Below, piece by piece: positions 46,997 through 64,000 of a stretch of 64,000 nucleotides of DNA. Each line of letters starts with the position of its first letter. Position 1 is the first letter of the stretch. Source of the stretch: Phoronis australis (taxonomy: Eukaryota > Animalia > Phoronida); contig NMRA01000156.1 of NCBI GenBank assembly GCA_002633005.1, forward strand, positions 743,385 through 807,384, given 5' to 3'. The notes under the pieces were generated by a model. It did no database searches, was not told the DNA's origin, and saw nothing but the letters and a program-made list of their open reading frames with translations. Position numbers and translations under genes: made by a program.

Positions 46997-48305
46997 AGGC
47001 GAAGGCAACCTTTTTTCATGTCATTTTTAGCAAAAATAAGGTTCGTTGATTATCCCAGACATATTTTTCACTCATTTACTGCTTTTCGTAATTTAATTAA
47101 TTACTCGTCGTCTTCTCCGGAAGTGACGTTTTGAGAGGCAAGAATTTCGCGCCAATTTCTTTTCATATAGTCTGACTGTGAGAGCAGTCATTGTTCTACC
47201 TCGGTTGTGATAAGTTCGGTCGTCGTTTGCTTTTGCTCACAAGTCAGTCAACATGCCACGCTTATGCTGCGTACTGGGGTGTACTCATTATCGTCTCACG
47301 TACAGAGGAAGAACTGTCCCACTTGCCCGAGTGTCCCGCGACATACTCCCACTGAAGGGTGATCTGAGCACCCAAACTGCTTACATACCGCCATGTGACT
47401 CCCTCGCCACACACCTGGCACCTTCCAAATAGCTCCAATACAAGTCCACAATAAACTTATCAATCTTAGGCTCACCAATCTGTTCATTAGATGACGAACT
47501 GTCCTCTTCACTGGGTGTCGAAATGGGCCTGTATTCACTCTCACTACTCAACATCGCTGTAGGGCTGCTTACAGGCTCTGGGCTAGAGACAACAGCACAG
47601 GGCGAATCACATCTAGTTCCCGGAATTGCATGCAATGGGGTACATTCAGAGGCATGGATGACAGTAGATGAAGTGCCTCCAGTCACTGCATATAGTGGCC
47701 ACAGCTCGCGAGGCTTCTCGCTTCAAAAACGCACTTCTTGGGGTTGGCGACGGGGCACTGCCGGGAATCAACAGTGACGGTATGGTACCCTTCTTCAGGC
47801 GTTGTTTCGCAGGGACCTTCATAAATTCAGCGTACATATCTGTCATAATCTGACGGCAGAAAATGCTTGCCACACACTCGGTAACCCTCCACTGCTTTGA
47901 AAGTTGCGTGGACGGGTAGCGCTGCATTCTTCACATGAACGAGCTAGCCAAGTACGGCAAAGTATGTCAACCCTCGGAAAGCGACGCAAGGTACCCAAAG
48001 CGAGTGTGAGACGATGAGTACATCCCGGCACGCAGCAACAGCATGGCATGTTGACTGACTAGTAAACAAAAGCAAACGACGACCGAACTTATCACAACCG
48101 AAAAGTAGAACAATGACTGACTCGACAGCTCTCACAGTCAGACTATAATGAAAAGAAATTCTTGCCTCCCAAAACGTCACTTTAAGAGTAGAGGACGAGA
48201 AATTAATCAAATTATGAAAAGCTGTAACTAAGTGAAAAATGTGTCTGGGATAATCAACGAACCTTATTTTTGCTAATAGTGACACGAAAAAGGTTGCTTT
48301 CGCCT
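46997..48305 (-). mobile_element. Non-autonomous Kolobok-type DNA transposon with ~300-bp TIRs and a decayed THAP-transposase 5' part
   Basis: TTAA|AGG...CCT|TTAA ends; long TIRs; frameshifted THAP (MPCCCCVPGC..FP..W..CGKHF..RLKKGTIPSL); downstream KFIV..LELFGRCQVCG..GH..W.S transposase segment. Confidence 0.85.
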
Positions 48306-48330
48306 TTAAAATACACAATATTTCATGTAA

Positions 48331-56934
<8,604 letters not shown>

Positions 56935-56968
56935 GAAGGTGCCTATTTGAAGAACCATCGTGTGTTTT

Positions 56969-56974
56969 AATAAA
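56969..56974 (+). terminator. Candidate polyadenylation signal for AK3
   Basis: AATAAA 35 nt downstream of the AK3 stop codon. Confidence 0.45.
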
Positions 56975-57443
56975 AGGACTTGTTTGCACACTTGTAACTG
57001 GCTAAACATTTTCTTAAATATATAAATATCATTAAATTCAAATCTTTTTAATAGATGAATATCGTTGTTATAACTAATAAGTAAAAATTCTCCTGTTTGG
57101 GACAGTCTCAAGATTTGGGTTTCGAACTGAATTTTAATTTTCTTGATTCTGAAGATTGGGACATGTGCTATTTTGGTGTTATATCTCTCACTTCATTATT
57201 GGAGTCTGTGTTTTGTATCAACAGAGCTTGAAAATAAGACTTGGCAGTTCGTAAAGTCATCAAAAACAGCCCCACGACAACATTTCCATGTGCTCCAATG
57301 GTGTAGATCATAGAAGTGAATGATTGTTTGTCGTTCATCTTAATTCTTTTATTTGGGACGGCCAGTATTGCCCATTTCAATAGTTTGGTACAAACTCCAA
57401 AAAACCTGGTGCAAAATCATTTTTTCCTGTCCCAAACTGGAGA

Positions 57444-57873
57444 ATTTTTACCACAGAATGCCAGCAGGGCACACTAGACACAATTTTTATCACAGAATGC
57501 CAGCGGGGCACACTAGACACAATTTTTACCACAGAATGCCAGCAGGGCACACTAGACACAATTTTTACCACAGAATGCCAGCGGGGCACACTAGACACAA
57601 TTTTTACCACAGAATGCCAGCGGGGCACACTAGACACAATTTTTACCACAGAATGCCAGCGGGGCACACTAGACACAATTTTTACCACAGAATGCCAGCA
57701 GGGCACACTAGACACAATTTTTACCACAGAATGCCAGCAGGGCACACTAGACACAATTTTTACCACAGAATGCCAGCAGGGCACACTAGACACAATTTTT
57801 ACCACAGAATGCCAGCAAGGCACACTAGACATAATTTTTACCACAGAATGCCAGCAGGGCACACTAGACATAG
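57444..57873. repeat. 39-bp minisatellite, ~11 copies
   Basis: AATTTTTACCACAGAATGCCAGCAGGGCACACTAGACAC unit. Confidence 0.97.
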
Positions 57874-59559
57874 TTTCTGACTAAGTGTGTTTCAAAACTG
57901 TGTTAAGCCATCTCAATTGTTCCATCCCAGAAGCGAAAATTACATCTATTTTGCTTTTGCCTTGGTATGGTGTGATCATTTTAGGCATTTGTGAGAGAAG
58001 AAAAGTAGGCCTAGAAACCAAATTTCGTTCCACCAATTTTAATAGCAGTTTTTGGTACCTTAAACATTGCCACACCCTGTTGCAAAATTCTCCATGTGAT
58101 ATTTGCTGTCTAGAGTCACATGACCGTCTAGTGTCAAAAAGTGGCAACTTTGACATTTTCTCTTTTTGCAGGGGAATGAAAGAAAAAATAAATTCCTTAA
58201 GCTGGTTTCAAGTTTATTACATGTAGAAAAGTTGCCAAAGGGACAAAAAAAGAAACCTGAACGTGACAACTTCAAACCCTGTGCTGAAATTGTTGGTGAC
58301 TGAATTCCACAAAAATTCATGATTTACATTATTTTTTCTTGTCGCCTGTTGTACATATAATCTCTTTCAGACATACACGTTTTAGACACGAATATCCAAG
58401 TTAACTGTTTGTGAACATTTCAAAAGTGACCACGTTTTTGGAGACAAAACGTGCACCCAGGAACATTCTGCTAAATGAATGAATGACGCAACAATCCATT
58501 AGATTTTTTAAAAATGTCAGCAGTTGTGTTTACTCTTTTATTGGTTTTCATGTATAATAGAGTACAAGTATAGATATTTTTTTATTCTAAAATCTAATTT
58601 TAGGTTCTTCCCAGTACTTGCAGAAATAAGAATGGCAATTTGAAGTACTGGGTATGCATATTTACATTCGCTTTAGCAGAGTTTGATCAATAAAAATGAT
58701 TAAGTAAATGTTTGGGTTTTCAGCAACTTTTATAAAATATTTACATTTTCGGAATGTCAAGGAAAGTTCCATTAATCATGCAAGTGTTTTTTCTGAAAAC
58801 ACTGAATTTTTTGCAAAGGAGCTTAAACCATTTAGTTACGCCCAATTTTATGAATGACCATGGTGGAAATCGCCATTTGGCTTTTTTTAAAAGTGGGTCA
58901 AAATGTTTTTTTCGGTGAATATCAAAAATGTGGTTTTCTAAAAAAATATTCTTTTTAAGTTCCCTTGGATGATGAAATGTCGTATTAAAGATCCAGCGGA
59001 AGACGGATGATTCGCTGTTCAAATTCTCGTGGCTAGTCCCGTGAAATCTCGTGAAGCTCTAACACTAGAAGGCATCGGTCAGGCGCATGGCATTGCATTC
59101 CTGTAGCAGGCCCGTAGCCAGGGGGGTTCGATCGACCGCAGAAAAGGTCTAGCACCAGCCTATTTGTTAAGGTAGTAAACATGGACAACAACATAATTGT
59201 TGCAACTACTGGTACTAAACTACTAACTGCAATGACAACTAAGATAGTAATAATTTTGAATTTGCTTCTGATTAGAAGCGCTTCACGTTATCATAGGGCC
59301 GGTGCCGTACCCGGCCACTTCGCAGGAGTCAGGTGTTTGCGTAGATGACAGGATCGTGCAGACGATTAGGGGAGGTTTTATATTATTCATCGGCATTGAA
59401 CACGCGTGGTGGCTACACCGTAGGGTAACAACGGGGTCTAGAAATAAATGCCTATACCTAGCTAAGTTGCACATATGGAGCAGCGAGAGAGAACTCAAAA
59501 AGTAACTCGGTGTGAATGCTTTAAAATCGAGCAAGAAACAAAACTGCAGAAAATAGGTT

Positions 59560-61880
59560 TGTTATCTGATATTGCATAATATAATGAGCCAACCCGCATC
59601 ACGGACGTTTCTCATTCGTGTATTGGTCTCTGCATAACAAACAATTTGAGTATCATTGACTCGTGTTCTGTACTACCTCCTGTTGGCAATTCTGATCACT
59701 ACACAATCGAAACCACTCTAACACTTAAAAAACCGGTTAAAGAACAACACACCACACGAACTATTTGGAAATATGATCAAGTTGACACCGATAAATTACG
59801 TCAGGATATCACCTACACTGACTGGGATTCCATATTGGACACTGGCGACATTGGTGACACTGTTTCACTCTTCACTAGTACTCTCTATGAAATTTTACAA
59901 AAACAACATCCCATCAACTGAAAACATTATTGAACACAACAGTCAACCGTGGTTCAAAAATAATATGTCCCGAAAATAATAGGTGCGTCGCAAGCTCCGT
60001 TTCCGGAGATACAAAGGAGACAGTGTATAGGCGATATAGGGTCATTTATTATGACTGATAAGGTACAGAAATATGAGTGTACAAATAACATAAAGATAAA
60101 ATAATGATCTCTGGAAAGATGGGCAATAAAAAGCGCATTAAACGGGCAATCCGCACAAGAAACAGACTTTATAGCTCTTTGAGAAGATCTAACAACGCTG
60201 TAATCTACAACAGATACAAGGAGCAGTCACGCCTGGTAGAAACTTGAGTAAATCAAGCCAAAGCTGATCACCGCCACAAACTTTTTCAACAAATGAACAA
60301 TGCAAGCAAGAACTCTAAAGAATACTAGTACATCGTCAATAAAATACGTGGCAGTCAACAACAATCCTCTTATCCAGTCATCAACCACAATGGTAACCTA
60401 GCCTGAAGTAGCAGTGACAAATTATTCACGAACAAAAGCCACATTACATCAACTGAGATAGGTAACTTTCCCTTTCTTCGTGAACGTTGTCTCTGTCAAC
60501 TGTCTGATACCCCGGCTAATCAAACTGATGTCCGGAAGTATTTCAATGAAAGTGGCCCCAATAAGAATAATGGCACAGCTTTAATCACCAGCAAGATGAT
60601 AAAAATGATTGCCAATAAAATTACCATGCCCTTAACCAATCTGTTTAACAATCTTCTTCAGCTAAGTATATATCCGTCTTCTTGGAAACATGGAGTTATG
60701 GTCCCTATACACAAAAAAGACTCCAAAACTGAAATTTCAAATTCTCGCTCAATAACTTTACTTAACACCCTATCCAAAATCTTCGAGAAGATTATTACTC
60801 AAAGTATTCTTACATTTCTCAAACAAAACAACTTGATCTATCATCGTCAATTTGTTTTTTTCTTGCGTGGGAACAGCACCATGACACAACTTGTTGAAAT
60901 ACTACACGAGATTCATTTACATTTTGAGAAGGGCGAGTGTCAGGTCCATTTTTCTAGATATAGCTTCTGCTTTCGACTGTGTTCCTCACGACCTTCTACT
61001 TCACAAACTTCGATCCTATGGCATCACTGGGAATCTTTTAAACCTGATCACCTTATATCTCTCCGATCGTACATATAGTGTTCCTGTCGACAGCGTACTG
61101 TCATCTTTATCCCCTCCTGGATTTGTAAACGCAGGTGCACCGCAGGGTAGCATATTGGGCCCTCTTCTCTTTTTGGTTGATATTAATGACCTTCCTGATA
61201 ACCTGTCATGTAGCACCTACCTTTATGAAGATGACACGGCGTTTTTTACCCCTTCCCAGGGAGCAGCCCTGAAAGTTTTTTGCACGGCTTCAACACGACT
61301 TGAATAAACTTAGTTATTGGTCACAAGAATGGAGAATGAATTTTATGTTGGAGGATGATCTCCATGATGTATTATAAGTTACATAAGAAATTGTATAAGA
61401 ATTGCATAAGAGATTGTTGTATAAGAATTGCATAAGAAATAGTTTTATAAGAGTTAATTAGTGGAATGCTATAGTCTTGGAATGCAGTTTTGCTATATCT
61501 TGCCTTATATGGGCACGCTACTTGTGTATATATATTAATGCGATCATATAATAAAACAGTCTGATAGATAGTTTCTTGTACAGAAACATGGTGTTCTTTT
61601 ATTAACCGGCATATTATCCTGACCATTAAGTCCAGTTCGTGCGCAATGTCTCACCAATCATCAACATTTTAAACCAGAAAAAAGCGTTGACATCACCTTC
61701 TCCAAATCTATTAATGTTCTCTTCCTTGTTGACCCGTCTTATAACCTTAAACTTAATGATGAAATCCTTTCTAGAAAACGGTCGCACAGACATCTTGGTA
61801 TACTGTTAAATGAAAAACTCTCATTCACACCTCACGTTCGGGAGCTCGTACAAAAAACTCCCTACGCTCTTGCTGTTTTA
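59560..61880 (+). mobile_element. Decayed non-LTR retrotransposon (CR1/L2-like LINE ORF2: endonuclease end plus reverse transcriptase)
   Basis: SDHY endonuclease end; WKxxxxVPIHKK; ITLLNTLSKIFEK; FLDIASAFDCVPH..LLHKL; PQGSILGPLLF..INDL; YEDD (for YADD); RHLGILL..KLSF..HV; many stops, frameshifts and insertions. Confidence 0.9.
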
Positions 61881-62446
61881 TTTTTTGGGTTTTTGGGGCA
61901 GACCCCCCCCCCTAAATCCGCCTATGAATACAACCGTGTAATAACCTGGGCCTCAAGAGTTACGTTTCGCCGACTTTACCACAACACCACTAAGCGGCTG
62001 ACGTAATCGAACGTGAAAATAGAATACTTAAATGAGCACGCGCAATAATCGCATGTTTAGCAAAGGGCATTGCACCGACATTTATACGCTATGAAAGAAA
62101 CGACGCATAATTTCCATAAAAACGATATTTTAATTCAGTGAAATTTTCTCTTGTGTTCTCTCACTTGTAACAGTGGCGGATCTAGGATATCACAAGGGGG
62201 CCCAACATTTTGTCCGGCTGTAAGCATTTGCGCAAACTGAAACACGATTGTAGATGCGCATAGCACCGAAGTGGGGGAAGGTCGAGAAATTTTTCTGTTT
62301 TTATGTCTAAAAATCAAGCATTTTCCTTGATTCCTGAAGACAAAAGAGGCAAAAAAAAAAACAGAGTACGTGTCAAACAGAAAAACTGCAAGAACCTAAA
62401 ACTCGAACTCACGACCTGGCGGATAGAACGCGCGTGCGTTACCACT

Positions 62447-62694
62447 NNNNNNNNNNNNNNNNNNNNNNNNNNNNNNNNNNNNNNNNNNNNNNNNNNNNNN
62501 NNNNNNNNNNNNNNNNNNNNNNNNNNNNNNNNNNNNNNNNNNNNNNNNNNNNNNNNNNNNNNNNNNNNNNNNNNNNNNNNNNNNNNNNNNNNNNNNNNNN
62601 NNNNNNNNNNNNNNNNNNNNNNNNNNNNNNNNNNNNNNNNNNNNNNNNNNNNNNNNNNNNNNNNNNNNNNNNNNNNNNNNNNNNNNNNNNNNNN
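62447..62694. other. Assembly gap (run of N)
   Basis: N bases; single Ns also at 9460, 30894 and 39460. Confidence 0.99.
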
Positions 62695-64000
62695 CTCACC
62701 CCCCGCCCCAACACTAAAACTGCACACATTTAAATCTTTTTTCATTACCGGGGTTAATTAATAAACTCAACATTTCCCTACGCTCTTACTAGCCAAGGGG
62801 GGGGGGAGGGCCCACTGGTCCCCCCTAAATCCGCCTATGTGTAAATCACCGATCTCCAATTTGAATGCGGGTATCGTGTCGTCGGGATCCTTTGACTTGA
62901 GCATTGTTCTCAGTTACTAGTGGCAACCTACTTAAGCAGACGATATTTTCCCGGTCGAAGCTTAGCGTGATAAAATGTGTAGTAAGCTATAATAGTTTAT
63001 AAACCTTAATTTATAGATTCACTTTATTTCTATTTTGTTTAAATTTTCAATTGGTTTTGTGTAAAAGCATTATTTGACAAAAATAGCTCGACTTTTCTTA
63101 AAAGGTCACGACCTCCGACTCCGGGCCTCTGACATAGAAAGTAGTTACAAAGCCGAAGCGAGTCGAGAAAGGTAGATCAATTCATTGCAATGTTTCTCGT
63201 TCCTTATGAGGTATAAATAGGTTATTACATGTTCTGATGAGTAGTTATCCCCCTTATCTAGAGCCCTCATGGATTTTGTAGAATTATATCCCTCGAGGCT
63301 AACGCCCCTCGGGCGATAATTCTCCAAAATCCACTCGGGCTCTATATAACGGGGATAACGACTTCGCCATGTAATAATCTATATTTATCAATATCTCTTT
63401 TCAATAATGCGCATACATATAATTATTATAATGTTAATAATAGTATACTTTATTTATTTCTCTTTTGTATAATGTACATACAGAATATAAACAGAGTTGG
63501 TCTTACCAGACACTTAAAAGTACAATAATCATCATTTTTAAGGATCTCACTATCAATCAATCGTAAATCTCTCACATTTTCTACTGGCATGAAGACGAAA
63601 ACTTTTCCACGCCATTGATCTATATAAATTTGGCACTTACTCGATTAAACAAATCTAATATAAGGTCAACATGAACTTCATCTTCGGCAACCCCACAAAA
63701 GCAGTGGTTACAGTTATTGTTGTACTTACGTTCTTTCTTGCACTGTTTGTGTTCACAGATTAGACGTGTTAACCTAAATACACTGTGTAGTTTGAAACTG
63801 CGAACACGTTTTCGTGCTCCACTTCAATTTTTTCTTTGGAAAACAAACTAAGACCCCGAATATAGACTACAAAGCTGGGACACCACTTCTCAATATGATC
63901 ACAAAGCTGCTTATTCGTAGAGATCATAAACGTTTTTCTTTCTCCAGATTGGCAAACAAGTTTCAGGAGAATAGCTTTGGCAACTTCAAAGTTGTCTGCG

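Noticed and set aside
47646-48049. Host THAP-domain gene
   Set aside because: Frameshifted and enclosed by TIRs with a TTAA duplication, so it is a transposon remnant.
57353-57880. 175-aa and 164-aa repetitive ORFs (NFYHRMPAGHTRH)n
   Set aside because: Products of a 39-bp minisatellite whose unit is a multiple of 3 and lacks stops in these frames; open on both strands, with no gene context.
59296-59330. GGCCGG...CCGGCC stem upstream of the LINE, as a possible HDV-like ribozyme
   Set aside because: Only a simple hairpin; the nested double-pseudoknot elements could not be identified.
62303-62761. ORFs spanning the X run
   Set aside because: Artifacts of the N gap.

Overview
Eukaryotic genomic DNA from a repeat-rich invertebrate animal (spliceosomal GT-AG introns, draft assembly with N gaps). 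Two housekeeping genes sit head-to-head. POLR1A/RPA1 (largest subunit of RNA polymerase I) is on the minus strand, with 18 coding exons traced from 46358 down to 6782, and continues off the left edge. A complete 5-exon mitochondrial GTP:AMP phosphotransferase AK3 is on the plus strand (48708-56934). A ~12.7-kb POLR1A intron hosts an intact, intronless, divergent class-A GPCR on the opposite strand. The introns carry three TTAA-flanked Kolobok-type DNA transposon relics with THAP domains, three DINE-1/HINE-type Helentron-associated elements carrying satellite arrays, Tc2/pogo-like and Harbinger-like MITEs, tRNA-derived SINEs, a tRNA cloverleaf inside an inverted-repeat element, a palindrome with hammerhead-like cores, and many minisatellites. 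A decayed LINE lies downstream of AK3. About 95 conserved POLR1A codons could not be found between two exons, probably because of an assembly gap. All calls were made by eye, without database searches.
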